Shown here piece by piece: positions 1 through 14,178 of a stretch of 64,000 nucleotides of DNA (the stretch's first letter is position 1; the number at the start of each line of letters is the position of its first letter). Made by a program: the position numbers and the translations under genes. The stretch spans positions 25,344,225-25,408,224 of the forward strand of contig CM120640.1 of the NCBI GenBank assembly GCA_051362555.1, in the 5' to 3' direction. This DNA is from Lingula anatina (Eukaryota; Animalia; Brachiopoda). The notes below the pieces were generated by a model. That model did no database searches, had not been told where the DNA came from, and saw only the letters and a list, made by a program, of their open reading frames with translations.

Positions 1-3000
1 TTAGGCAGCACTGTCTTATCAAAGTGATCTTCCAGTGTAGGAGCAGAGTAGTCCCTTTTGTACACAGCATCCTCCTTGTCATGCTAGAAATGAAAAGTGA
101 AAACAGAATAAGAGGCAGTCAGATGGGCAAATGATGAATCCATTTTCCATGTTTACAAGACTTAAAATGAAAACTTTAATGAACTGCCTTTTGAACTACA
201 CAACATAATATTACTGAAAGCACATACGAATTTTAAATCCTGTCATTTTCCTCGATCATTTCATTATAATACAAGAACATAAAGATGACAGATTTAGCCA
301 CTATCTCATTTGTTTTGTGACTTCATAAAAATTAAGTTTATAACACAAGTTTTGTTTGAAACTGCAGTACTGACCAAAAAGAATGCTCCTCTGTGATAGT
401 ACTTCTGTAAGAACTTGTATTTTCCTTTGGAAGCTTTGTTTGTGATAACCTTAGGGTTGGCCTTTAGCTCTGCTTTCCTCTCCTCTTCTGTCATGTTTCG
501 GATTCTATCAATCTCCACTTTTTCTTTCTCCAGTCTAAATCCATGAAAATATTGACAAAGTTATTAATCAATTCTTTTATTGTCTTTCTTTCATTATAAT
601 AAATTCAACACTCACTGTGGAGTAATAATGCTTATATTGGATTCATGCAAATTACAATGAAACAGAGAAAAGTTGAAAATGTGACTAAAAAAAAAATTCG
701 ACATGCTGTACACACAATAATTCACAATCAAGTAGGAAAACTTACGCTTCTCTCTCATCCCTGTCTCTCTTTATCCTCTTGAGTTCTCGCACCTTCCAAG
801 CTTCATACTCTTCTTCATCATTTTCTTCCTCTGAGTTCACAGCATCGCAGGCCTCAGCTATATCTCTCTGTTCCTCCATCTCTTGTTTTGTGAGCTCCTC
901 CACAAGCTATTATATAACAATAATGCATAAGTTTATATTCTATTTCATAAAATGTTATGCTTCTATACATGAAATTTCATGAATTCTAATACAGTCTTGG
1001 AGATTTTAACTTTATTACAATACTCATATCCTTTTAATACATCTTTTGCATCTGATGTACTCACAGATCACTTTTATTCTAAAAGGTTGAAATGCTGATC
1101 TATGTATTAAAAATTATTGAAATGCTGATCTATGTATTAAAAATTATCTTACCTTTCTAGCCTCTTTCTTACGTTCATCAGCCAATTTCTTGGCTTGTGC
1201 TTCTAACTCTCTGGACTTTATATCCTCCTTCTCCTTCTCTTGTATTGTAACTCTGTCTTTTCTGAAATTTTCAGTTTCTGTATTTAATTGAAATTCTATA
1301 CATTGATTAAAAGCTCATATTTACTCCAGATATCTGCTAACATAATCCTTTTAGCATAAGTCTAATAAGAAATATTTAGCACCAACACAAATCTCTGCCA
1401 ATTCTCAACACAAGACTCTTTGCCAACCCTCCAAAGTCTTCACTATTCACAACCAAAGATGCAGTAAGATCTTCTTTATTTACTTTCTAACAAAGACTGG
1501 TTTCAGTCTTGGCCCAGTCTCCTCATCTTCTGAGTCTGTGAATTCTTCATATTCTGATGATTCTTCCTCACTTTCACCTTCTTTGTTTTCATCTTCAACT
1601 TCCATTACTTCCTGTAGGATAAAAAAAAATCATTGTGTACAGCCCAATAGGCTCCATCTACAAAATTTTTAATCATATTACCAAAGATTTTATAATAAGA
1701 TTAATGAAAAATATTCTCTTTCAGGGACATGGCTGCACAATTCTCAGCAAAAAAGACTTAATTATTAAAATATCATACATAGTTTACTTTGTTTGTACAA
1801 AGATATCTTTTTCTTTTTGGTGGGGGTTTCTATTCAAGATTAAAGTCTTTTTTTTTGTACAGACTGTTTATTCAAATATATATATTTTCATATATAAACA
1901 TGGAATTTAACTCAAATTTGTATTTCTAAGCACCAAAGTTTCTATTGCAGAAGCTTTTAAATAACTTACATCTTCTTCTTGTCTCTGTCTAGCTTTTTGT
2001 CGCAATAATGCTCTTCTTCTCTCTATTTCCTGCAAAAAATTATTTCTTCACTGTATATACTACAGAAAATGCAAATTCATAACAGTTCATTTAAGAAATT
2101 TGAAAACATTTAACAAGAAAAAAAATATTTACCGACATCTAATGACAAAAACACCCAACATCTTCAAAAGGATATAAGTTGCAACACACCATTGAAGTAG
2201 ATTACAAATAACATTAATCATGCTACTTACTACTACTTAATACATAAATAAATAACAGAATTTAATAATATAGTCAATATCACACCTCCTCATCTAATTC
2301 TTCTTCATCTTCTTCTTCACTCTCCTCCATTGGTTCTACACGCCTTCGCCTTTCCTCCTCTTGGCGTTCCTCCTCTTCTTCCTCCTCCTCATCATCAGAG
2401 TCCTCAGCTATAACTTCAGGCTCATGGACGCGACGCCTGCGGGCAACTCTGAATCAGCCAGTAAAAATTGTTCATAATCAAAATCAATTACATTAGTGAG
2501 AGATTTTCATTAGCTCTGTATGTATCAATTTAAATTATTGTTTTTCTTTTTAAAATCAATTACATTAGGTTAATAGAGGTGGAACTGGTATAAATCCAAG
2601 GATCTTGTCAAAATGTATCAAGATCTTTTCAATGTTATCTTCAAATTGGAAAAGACATTGGAGTCTAACCAGACTCTCTGCCCTCTTTATTACCCACCTT
2701 AAACATGGTGACTTCAGTTACTTTCTTTCAAACAAAAGAAATCAGGAATTTATTGTATATATGTGGTAACAATGATATCTTTGTATGACCTTAAGAATCT
2801 TTATATTACATCTGTTTTACTGTACCTTTCTTCAACAGCATCATCATCATCATCATCTTCCTCTTCTTCATCCCTCTTCATTTCCATCAGCCTCCGGAGT
2901 CTAGGGTCTTCCTTCTCAGCTTCTGTGATTTCTTCTGTGTCTGCCTCCATCCTCTGCTGGGCTTTCTTAGCCATACTGATTTCAATTTCATCTTCTTCAT

Positions 3001-4404
3001 CACTGAAGTCTTGTGGTGCATATTCGGGGCTGCAAGTAAAAAAAACAACAATACATCACTGTAATAGAATTTACAGATTGTTTTTTTTTCATCTATTTTC
3101 TAATTTATCTGATTACTTATGTCCATCACTGTAGCTGCAATGCACCATATCTTTGATAATGAATGGCTGCTTAAACCAACACTGAAAAACACTTGCAAGT
3201 TGCAGGTTTCACAGCTTTACTTGTAAAGATAAGGTTCATCACAAAAAAATTACATTGGGAAAAGCGAAAGCAATATTTCTGGTGAAAAGTGTAACATAGC
3301 TGTATTTTTATTTTAAATTTAGTTTTATTTAATAGATATGGCAGTTTCAGTTTCAATGAAAAGTTTGTGATGGCTTGCAGCAAAACATAAGTATTGTGTA
3401 TTTGATATTTCAGAATCTATGTTTTGTCTGCAATTAATTTCCATCCATAGTGGCAAACTGTTTTCTAACCAGTTAGCACAGAACTTACTGCTTAGAAAAC
3501 AATTTTCCATGATTTGATTTCTCTGCTAGACTGAGGACTTTTTACCATTTTTATTTTGTGCCTCAAGTTTTTTTTTATCAAATCTTAGTAAAATTGGTTC
3601 TATTAAATGGTAACATGATTTAGTAAAAAAGACAGTGTTAAAAGAAGGGCCGGAGGAGTCTGTACACAGGCACTGGCATGTTCACCTGGAAGACACAGTT
3701 ATGCCAGTTGGCTGTGCATGCTTACCGTTTGCCTGCTACATATCTGCTGACTTTTACTTTCTGCATAGATACCTCACCTAAAAGTCAAGGAGATAGATCT
3801 ATATCTTCTTCTTATATTCATCATCATCAACATACACACAATTTGAGATCAACAAACCTCTAGTCGGTTTCTCATCTACATTTCCAAAACCCTATCACAG
3901 CATTATAAAGGAAAATATGACCATCTTGGTGCTCAAGTAAGTTGCATTTCCCTGTGCAACAGGGATAAGATTCATTGAAAGGCAAGATCATCCCATTCCA
4001 AGGGTATTCATGGATAACTGGTAGAAAGGAGGAAGTAATGGAAATCATAACACTGACTTCAAGTAACACAAGAATACCCTAAACACTTTAAAACAGATGA
4101 TTTATAATTAAAGTTATAAAAACTAAACAGAAGTCATAACTGGAGTATTATAATGTACCCAAACAAAATCCTAATGGAATCAACTAGTTGAGAAAAGTTA
4201 CATACGTATCCTTCAAGGATTAGTTCATTTCGTTTACATGTTGAAATAATAATATACATAACCACATGTTATTTGTTAAATTTCGACGCACAATTTCAAC
4301 AATGCACTGCCATCAACTCCAAAATTTCACTAACCTTTATCATTCATAATGGGTATAGCACCCGCAGTTGATTGGATCGGCGCCTTGCTTGGTCGCCCCG
4401 CCAT
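1..4404 (-). CDS. MFAP1: Microfibrillar-associated protein 1 (spliceosomal B-complex factor), spliced; 3' end lies beyond the left edge
   Basis: GT-AG exons ~4335-4404, 3726-3777, 2826-3029, 2286-2448, 1970-2029, 1484-1611, 1153-1261, 746-906, 375-534, 1-83. They translate to [46 protein letters not shown]..., acidic tracts, [22 protein letters not shown] and [27 protein letters not shown], all characteristic of MFAP1. Confidence 0.95.
1087..1147. repeat. Perfect 30-bp tandem duplication in an MFAP1 intron
   Basis: TTGAAATGCTGATCTATGTATTAAAAATTA occurs twice in tandem, next to the donor at 1152. Confidence 0.9.
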
Positions 4405-7400
4405 TTTTGTGAATTTTAAAAGCCTACAAGATCTAGACTACGTATTTTCTGGAAAAGTGAATATATAAAACCTTTACAACATTCACGGCTGCAAGTACTT
4501 GCGTTAGTATTTGATATAGACTAACACGCGTAGCTTGATCACACTGTCGCAATGCTGATCTATATCAACCCCTAACATAGCTCACCTGTCGCATTATTTC
4601 GCAGCGAAATGTGCCCAAGCACAAATCTTTGACCCATGAGATATATGGACAAACTAAAATATAATATCTCGCCAAAAGAGTTCTACCATTTTTAGCAATA
4701 GCAACGTCATACCTGTAGGCCTATCTGTCTAATTTACGCTGAACTGACTAAAACAACCACGAGGTTTTCGGGTACTGTTTAAAAAATATTTAAACGTGAC
4801 TTTTAAACACACGCACAGTTAATGTTTCAGAAGAACCATGTTTTTAAAAAGGAAGGAGGATTAAAGAGAAACAAAAGTCTTCTAATTATCTGTCATCAAA
4901 CTTTTTTGAAACACACATAGGCACGCACAGATAACAATTACAATGTTAGCGTAAGGTATTTTCTCAATCTGTTTCTATGCCCCCTAAACAATTCCTAATC
5001 ATCACTTGTGTGCATTCTTTCATGTCGAGAGCAACCGCGACATACTTTGTATAATTCCCATGTCCTGTTTCATTTTATTTGACTTCATATGATAATTGAC
5101 AAAATATGAAATTAAACATGTTTATCGCTACTCTATTATAAATGAAAAACGCGGCCCGAGAACGCGAGACAGACAGATAACTAGGGCAAAAGATGTAAAA
5201 TGAAGACCATAATGACGGATCTATAACCCATTATTGGTGGGAGAAAAGTGACTGAGCCCTGTCTCCCAAATTTTAACAGTGATCAAAACGTGTTTTTACG
5301 CTCTCGTAGATATGACAGGAAATTTATTTCTACAGTACCTTTACTTGATTACATCATAAATTCTGCAAATAAACATTAATCAACCAACTGCTTTGATTCT
5401 ATCCTCTTGCCCTAGTAAATACAGTCGAAGTCAACGGGTTATTCCCTTGACACAGGCTGGCCTCGCCTTGACTTGAGTACATTGATCTCATTAGCCTATG
5501 TGGGTTTAATTGCTGTTGTTTTTCCGGAAAACACTCCGTAGAATCAGTGGAGTGCATAGCATGGCAATCACTTTTGGGCTCTTTATCATAAGTAACAAAA
5601 GATAACAAAAGAACATGATCAATCACCGTGGGTAAGGGTGGGGTGGAGGGTAATGTTTTAAAGGCCGCGTACACAATAAATAGAATTTTAAAAACGTGAA
5701 AAGTTCTACGATAATAAAGTGAGCAAATTAACAAATTGAAACAAATTTACAAATGAGCACGTTTTAGGGCAGTATTTCGTTTCTCATAGAAGATTAAGGC
5801 AATGGTAGGTTAGAAACAGATTCGAAAAGTACAAATGTTTTTGTTTGAACGTCAGGGTAAAAATATGAACGTGTAAAATGCGTATTTGGGTACCACATTG
5901 AGACCATTTTTGGGAATGTTAACCCCAGCCTTGATTTCATGTATAAACGTATATTATAACGTATATAGATTTCTTGCCACGTCTTGTTCACGTGTGTCAT
6001 GTGTGCCTGAGTGACTTTTTCAAGACCATACAGCACTGATGTTTTTCTAAATAAACAAAGGAAACAGCTGGGTGCGGCTGGGTGTGTTGAAGAAAAACCA
6101 TAGACCTCCGTTGATCAGGCGGGTCTTGAAAATATATACATTTTAATTTATTTTACATAAAATAATGTTTTTGATTTTTTTTTTTTTTTTTTTTTTTTTT
6201 TGATCCAAAATTTGTGGCTTTACCGATATCTCCTGAATTTACCGATCATACAGTGAACATTCATTGAACACTTACGTTTATTACGTTTATTTGGTAAAAT
6301 TCACTGTTATCTTAATTTATGCATATTGTTATTATGCTCAATAAGGACCCTTGAAAAAGAAAAATAACAGTCACATCACATCACATCAACAAATCTCACG
6401 AATAGCAATTAACAGGGCGCAAATGCATATCGATCGCCAAGCGAGGTATTTACAAATCTATCTACATCTGTACAGATTCATCGTGCCACGGAAAGCAAAA
6501 ACTGCCTGGACGGAATAATGAGCATCAAGCCCGGGTTGTTTTTCACCAGAGACCATATGGTTTTTATGGACAGTATGATAATGAAGAGTTGGTAAATATT
6601 AAGAGCATACACGATATATTTCAACCCTAGAGCCTGTCAACATTCAGCGACACGAAGCTGACTCACGCATTCAAACTCAGCGTGGGATTCAACGTGGAAT
6701 TTTTATCCAGCCCGAAGAGCCGTGATACGCTAGCTTTATTGGCTAGTTGGGCGATCTGTTATTCGATGTGGTTGTGGCTAGAAACACGACGCGAAAAAGA
6801 CATTTCCTTTTAAACAGCCTTCAATCCTACTCAGCGTGAAGCTACAGGTAACATATGAGGAGAAACACTATCCGTCAAGTCATTCGAGCATAATCTCAGC
6901 CCCTCAGATCTGTGAGAGCCACTGTAATAAGGGAGTTTGATTGACTGGTAAATACAGTGACGCGATTTAATGGTGGATCAAGTGCTGATATTACAGCAAC
7001 AGTTGAAGGTAGGTGAATTTTATCTGTGTGGTTTTTAAGACAGATCAATGCTATTTGGCTGCTTAATTTGTAAAATTTGTGACTGGAATATTTTGCTTAG
7101 ATATTTTCAAGTAGACTATATGTACCATAGATAACCTGAGTTAATATGACTAACAAAGCTAGCAGGTAAAAGCTATCCAGAGCTAAACTCATTTTGAAAT
7201 CCATGGCATTAGCACCGTACTATCTCCATGAAATTTACACTGAAATGGAACTCGTGGCTATGGGTGGATTTTTTGGATTATGTGAAATATAACCCAGTGC
7301 CATTCGCATTCAGATAATTGCATTTGACCACAATCTATTACATAGTGTTGATTTTAGGTCGCTTTTTCGAAAACGGCATCAATATTTTCAAATGTGCCCA

Positions 7401-8057
7401 ACTGACAGTTAGCGAACTGTCAGTCGAGACAAATAGCAAAAATTAGAGCACATTTAGCTTTAGTAAGCAATAATGTTCTGTTATGCATATTTTTACCCTT
7501 TCAACCCGATATTACAAAACTAAAACCTTTCACAGCGATATTGTGACACGTATGACATATTAAACATTGGTTATATTCGTTTTCATCTTTATTAATGATT
7601 CCAACAACAAATGATACATATTTGCTAAGTAGTCTATCCATGTGTACAAAACATGTCCCAGAAATGTTTCGTATTTCCTCCTAATATAAAACAAAACAAA
7701 ATGACAAATTACGGAAATTATTCTCATGCACGCCAACATTGAACTATTACGGTTTCTGAGCAGCAGCAATTTACATTTCACTTGCATTAAATTTCTAAAC
7801 AACTTTAGACTAATGTGCATTTCAGACGGACGGTTTCCATAGCTGGTTTCCAAATTACATTGCTCAGATCACCGGTGCAGATGCTGTGTTGACCTTCCTA
7901 CTGTGACAAGCACTGAGAGGGCAGCATTCCATGAAGAGTGGACTTCACGATCGAATATTACGGAAATCGTTAAGAGACTGTACCAAGGTAACATTGTGTA
8001 GGCTGGGCATAGCACAGTAAAGTATGCATTTCTAACGCTTTTGGTATTTTTTCGAAT

Positions 8058-8849
8058 ATGGAGTCAACAAACGCAGCGTTTTCAAAAGAACCAATCGAAC
8101 GACCTGAATCATGGGACCTTGCTTCTGACAGTGATGGTTCTATATCAGATACCAGTTCCCAGTCAGCACCAGAGCAAAGTGGGGATCCCAAAAGGCCCAG
8201 GAAAACAGTGCGCATTTCTCGGCATCCGACCCTGGAAAAAGTGATCGAATCAACCAACGATCAAGAGGATAAAAGAACCGGCTGCTCTGACTATTTTGGG
8301 GTTAAATCATACTTGCATTATTTCTACGAATCCGGGTTTAAAGATCCAAAAGTGTACGAAGAAGACGACAGTGCATATCTTTTACGTCCAAACAACCGTA
8401 GAAAGTGGTGCCGTTCCGTATGGTGGAAGGTCTTTTCGTGGATCGGTGTTTCTCTTCTTGTAATCGGCCTAGTGGGGATACTGGTAGGTTATGTGACCCC
8501 AAAAAAGCCCATGATTATCGAAAAGGACGGCGAGACGGCTGTGATCGACAAGGATGCCATTTATTATAACTACAATTTCGATGCCGTGAAGCTTGTAGGT
8601 TTGGTGGTATTTTGTATAGGCGGGGCTACAATAGCTATATCGCTACTGGTGCCGAGTTTCCTCAAAAACTACTACGACGAAGGCCAGGACGAGTCCTTCA
8701 AGGTCTACCTCAACAATGACGACGACCGCCAGGTTTCAAGCCCTTTGGAACGCCTCATTCCAACGTCAGCCCGCTGGCGCAGCATTCAGCCAGATAGGCA
8801 GGTCGGGGAGGCCATAGTCTGCCAAGAAGGAATCGTTAAAGTCCACTAA
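8058..8849 (+). CDS. NRSN1: Neurensin-1-like vesicular membrane protein, intronless CDS
   Basis: 263-aa ORF with the neurensin motif FGVKSYLHYFYE, followed by RSVWWKV and two hydrophobic helices (WIGVSLLVIGLVGILVGY; LVGLVVFCIGGATIAISLLVP). A likely 5' UTR acceptor lies at ~7825 and donors at ~6848 and ~7009. Confidence 0.88.
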   Translation: MESTNAAFSKEPIERPESWDLASDSDGSISDTSSQSAPEQSGDPKRPRKTVRISRHPTLEKVIESTNDQEDKRTGCSDYFGVKSYLHYFYESGFKDPKVYEEDDSAYLLRPNNRRKWCRSVWWKVFSWIGVSLLVIGLVGILVGYVTPKKPMIIEKDGETAVIDKDAIYYNYNFDAVKLVGLVVFCIGGATIAISLLVPSFLKNYYDEGQDESFKVYLNNDDDRQVSSPLERLIPTSARWRSIQPDRQVGEAIVCQEGIVKVH

Positions 8850-11659
8850 GTAGAGCTATTTGCAGCATCCAGCTCTAACATTTTACCATAGCAATGTAAT
8901 CGCGTGATCAATTCGTCAATTATTTTTCATGTTTTGGAAGAACAACATACTGTTTCATTGATTTTTTTTTTTACATTTTTGAAAAAGTCCCACTTGTGCG
9001 TCATTTAGAGCACAAGATCTATACAAACTGTTTATTTAGACACTATTTAGCTTATGACGCGATGACAAAACTGGAGGGTCATAGTGATGACTGTGTAATT
9101 AGAAAAATGAAGAATTTGTTTATCAACGCACGCACAGTCGTAAATCAAATGGCTTAGATGTTATCAGCAGATATTGCCATATATAAAGATATAAGCCATC
9201 ATCTACCGGATACACGGAGAGTATTATGAAAGGAAAGCAATAAATTACTGATACATAATGAAGAAATCCAATATAGCACCAGTTGCTATGGCAGCACATC
9301 TCTATCAAAAAAGAAAAAGAGAAACATTGCCTGCTTTATGATTGCCATGTTTATTGTGCTGTAAATGCATTATATCCGGTATCCTAAGAGATGCTTTTCT
9401 GAAAATATAATATAAAAAGTACAACAAACAAATCTTAAGAAATTGGTTGTGATAAAAAAACTACTTTACGCTTCACGTGTCTTCATCATTTGAAGCTTCG
9501 TAAAAAAACATGATGATGGACAAAAATGCATACACTATAAATGCAGTGTATACGCATATGAAATTGGTTGTTGAAATTATTTTATGTCGGTGGCCTCGCG
9601 CATCATTAAGAATGCGGTCAAGGAGAAAACATTGTTTTATCGACAATAATGTTATAGAAACAGGAGCACGCACAGTGCAAAGGACTTTTTGATCTTGATA
9701 GGCCATTAGTATCAGACCACACGTATACAATGTACTAGCTAGTAGGCCCGCTACACATTTCACGAAGTTATTAATATTGGTACAGCACTATATATTTTAT
9801 GATAGAATTTACCCACTGCGTATAGATATTATTATACAATTAATGGAATTAAGGGTGTATATTTTTGTTTCGAAAATAAATAGTCTGTGTAAACACATGT
9901 ATAATGTATTGTTAGATGCATTTTAATTTTTCCAATTTCGTAAACTGATTGTCCCTTTATAAGGCCTGACGTCCTAATTCAGGGTTCATCTCAAATATTA
10001 ATTATAAAACAGTTGAGTTGACTTTTTAACCTTTTTAACCAAAATCGATTAAGTTTTCAGGGAACAAAACTACCACATTATTATGCAGTCTAAGTTCTCT
10101 CATTTAAATTCAACATCCCCTTCTTAACTCACGTGCACATTTTGAAGATCAAAAACATGGTTCATTGACTTAAGCAGTTAGGATAGGTTCCTTAGGTGTG
10201 CCGCAGGACCCAGGAGGACAACCAATGGGAAAATCGATGTAAAACAATCTCCATGGGACTCAACATTACATCATATCTGACCATTTAAGGTTTGACTTAA
10301 CCAAGTTATTACGTTTGATCTAAAATAAATGTGATTGACCAGGGGAAATTTCATTACCACGAAATTGACACCCAAAAGGGTTGAAGTTCCATGCCGAGAG
10401 GTAATCCTAACATTTTGTCATTTTTATATACTGTACACTCAAAATAACATGTGCCTGAATTAAGTATACGTAGAGACATCCGAAGCCCCAAATATTGCCA
10501 TAAAATAAAGTCCAGGTCCTGAGCACATAGTGACCCTTCCACATACGAAAAAAAGCAAATATTAAGTCTAACCTACCAGTACATACTCCAACGTAGTCCC
10601 GGTTTGGGAGCCCAACCCTCTTGGTGTAATAAATTTCATTCTGCTTTGTTTACATTTGAGAACTGTGGGCTAATTTCGCTACAACAAGTGGTGTGTTACT
10701 AACACTAATTCATGATGAATATTTTTCATACAATATGAATAAACATAACATCTAAAAGTCAAAAACTACTCTAGGTTCACAATTTAATATTTCGGGCGTT
10801 TGGTTAAAGTTAACATGAATGTGTTGTACAATAAGAAGGCCAAATAAAAAACACAATATGCACAATAAAATGAAAATGTTCGGATGTAGCGGCTCTAAAT
10901 TTGATTTTTTAAAATATCATTGAGTGTTTTGATTAGCCCACGTTTCCTGAAATACTTGTGTAAGAGCAACGTGTCAAGCACCTTAAGGTAAATCATTATC
11001 AACTTGTGAACCTTCAGCGTTAGAAAAGCTCATTTGGGCAACACCTTCGCTAATCATTCGTGCAAAACAGGTAGGATTGGCAATGGTAATTGTTCAGGGA
11101 GTGATAATTATGTTTCACGATTCTATTGACGTCTGTCTCCGCTTCTTACATTGTAAGAAAATGGTCAATATAGTCCAATCCATCAAAGAGTTCGTTTGCC
11201 CACGTACATACTGCACAAGACGCATTTAATCCGCTTATCACGTGTCCTATGCATAAAAACTGTCACATATGCTTGTTGCATTATTGTTGTATTTTTTTAT
11301 CACACAAAAACATATGCGCGTGCTAACAAAAGCTCATAGCGGTTTTATTAAGCGAGGGATTCATTTACCTGCCTTAATATACTGTCAATAACTGCGTTCC
11401 CACCTACAACGCATGTCAAACACAGGACCCAAGCGTATGCATTGTAGGCCCATAATCACAAATCTAGTCTATGCCTGAGGTCGATTGCCATCGACTGACA
11501 ATTCCAGCATTGCATTCAATCAGTTGTCAGTGAAACAATTGACTACCGCTCGCAGCGCCATATTCTAACCCGCTGGAGGTAAAAATTTTTAATCCCGTCG
11601 TTTTTATGTTGCTTCTTCTTGCGGATGTGATCTTGAATTCATATAATCAATCATAAGCG

Positions 11660-13504
11660 TTGATCGATTTCTTAGTGAGAACATTTACCAAAGATATACC
11701 AGTAGAACCTTGCTGCAAATTCGAAGTGGCTCGTGTTCCAATAGATTTAAATTGCATTTACGGAGTAATCTCCCCTCCAAATAACATATTCTTGCAGCGC
11801 ACGTCCTCGTACTCAATACTTATCGTGCTAGAACCAAGTAAGTGCCACATTGTTAAAAGCGCGTATGTTGCATTTACATGACACAAATGGCGCCAACAAG
11901 GATTTTTTTCTAAGCTTTATGTTCTGAGGTCTCTTGATAATTTGACTATTTCGTAATGATTCAAATAGGACCAGTGAAAATCAGATGTAGTATTCGAAAC
12001 CGAACCATAAGTAATTTCTGGTGAATTTTGACGTGCTTTGAGTTGAACCAAGTAAAAGGCAACCGCTTGCTAGAACCGTTAGCTGGAAAATATAAATCAC
12101 ATCCCTCCATTCCTCTAAGGTTTTATGTTTCTCGGTTGTCTCTGATAACCACTTCAAAAGAAAATGCACTTAATAAGCACTTCACGAAATTTTGAAATTC
12201 AAATTGCTTTTAATCAACACAACTTGTGCATCAGAGCAACTGCAGTGATTTTATCATTTAGTACTGCTTGATATATTGGCGTAAGATGTCGTTTCAATGA
12301 AGTTCTATAATGAATGCAGTTGGCCGTATCGATTTTTGCATCTAGTGAACAATTCAAATGCCGTGAGGATATCTATATAGAATATCTGAAAGTCTAGGAA
12401 AACAGAGAACTAGAATAACACTTTTATATTCTGTAAAATGCAAATATCATACTCTACTGTAAATTTTCCATTTCATGTTACCCTTTCCTATCGAGTTTGA
12501 TGCTAGTATAATTGCGATTAATGATCAGGACTCAAAAGCTCCATAATTGCGCAACATAACATTGGCGCTAGCTCTACTTATAGAACAGACCTTAAATTAA
12601 GTTCCAGCTCCTGGGAGGTAAATTATCGGAATTAGTGCTCCCCGTGCTGTGGGAGATAATATTTTATCATATAAGTAGAGGCGAGGAAGTGAGCAGGGAG
12701 TAGTTACATGAAGCGAGTAAAATTTAATAATACTAAATGAAAAAATATTTCACAAATATAAACGGATTACTTAACTTTTTTTTTGACAACCGACTAGCAT
12801 TAAGGCAATATTTTGAGCAATATTTTGATAAGACCTGCAGCGTCCTCCATTCAGCAGAACATTGCATTTCTGGTGTAGGCCTACTTTTCAAAGTGCTGGC
12901 TGTACATGGAGCAACTCCTTTCTTTCCAATCAGCGTTTCAATAAACACCACGAAGGCTTTTGGATGGAAATTCATTCATCTACTATTATAACAGGTAGTT
13001 TTCATAAAATAAGAAAAGGGCATGTAGAGAAAGGAGGGCGACCCGGAAGATGGAACCAAGAGCTAAAAGGCTAAAGCTGTGTTTTCGAAAATTCCACTTT
13101 TCCTTGCTCTGTTCGCCTTTCCTATCAGTCAAAATCGACCTTAAAAACTACGCTCAGAAAACAATATGCAAATGCTATACAGGCATTTGATGTTACATTC
13201 CCATTGAGATTTTGAAAAAAATTAGGAGCATGTAAGTTCTCACCATATCAGTTCGTATGCAAGTTTTTATGGGATCTGAGCGACATTTGAAAAATTCCCA
13301 ACGTTGTTTGCCAAAAAACCCTTTATTTACTCTTCTGATGACATTTAAATGGCACAAAGTTGCAGTGTACTCAGATTTAATCAATACAAAGTGTGGGCAT
13401 TTCTTTCTATATTAAGGGTAGCTAAATTAAATAATTGATGACTATTTGCAGAATGTCTTTCAGCACGTCTTCCACGAAGATGGCTTCTGGACGCCTACAG
13501 GTAA
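11660..13504 (+). pseudogene. Possible decayed spliced gene with CUB-like fragments (tentative)
   Basis: Exon-like segments, some with AG/GT borders, carry in order GVISPPN, CFELN, NCSDFII, FWC and FLSNQ...EGFWMEI, interrupted by in-frame stops. Judged by eye only. Confidence 0.2.
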
Positions 13505-14178
13505 AACAGAAGAAAGAAGAAAAACACTATTTTTCAACTTTTATTTTTACTTTAAGGTGTAAGATATTAATTATTTCTTAATACCTTTTCATTTTCTTAT
13601 CACCTGCATTTATATACAAAATTACAAATTTACATTTATACATCTTAAATACAAGTTTGTTCATTATACATGTACCCACTCAATTTACAGCAGGACTCTT
13701 CAGACAATGGGAATAAGCACAAACTTAGTACTTTGAAGTCAGTAATTTAATCTTTATGAATTTTAATTAAAAAGTAGTCAAAGAACTACTCGTTCATCAA
13801 CAATAAAAAGAGGTCTTCAGGAAAGCCTTGCTCAATCCTTAAAATCTAAATGTGGAATAAAAGCAAGCTTCGGTCAGATTTAACATGCTTACAAGAAATT
13901 CAAAAACAGAAATTGGTATATCTAGTCAGTGATAATTTTGTTTACAGATAACATTGTGCCAAATCTATGTTTAACAGCAATATAAACCTAAAATGAAATA
14001 AACACATGTTGTTGGAACAAATATCTGATAACTGAAAAATCTCCGTATCACAGTTTTTTTCTGAGTATATCACAGATAAATTAAAGTAATAAATGTCCAA
14101 TATTATTTATCAATGTTTGGTGTCCTCTGTCCCTTCTAAACAAAATGTACCTCTTCATTCATCTTGCATCCAAATAAC

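Noticed and set aside
779-3134. Plus-strand poly-Ser ORFs (779-982, 2763-3134)
   Set aside because: They are antisense shadows of the Glu/Asp-rich MFAP1 exons.
7401-7424. Hairpin ACTGACAGTT-AGCG-AACTGTCAGT
   Set aside because: Only a 10-bp stem, with no CA..TG ends or target duplication; could be chance.
9959-10195. Possible MITE with ends TAAGGCCTGACGTCCTAA / TTAGGATAGGTTCCTTA
   Set aside because: The terminal similarity is too degenerate to call.
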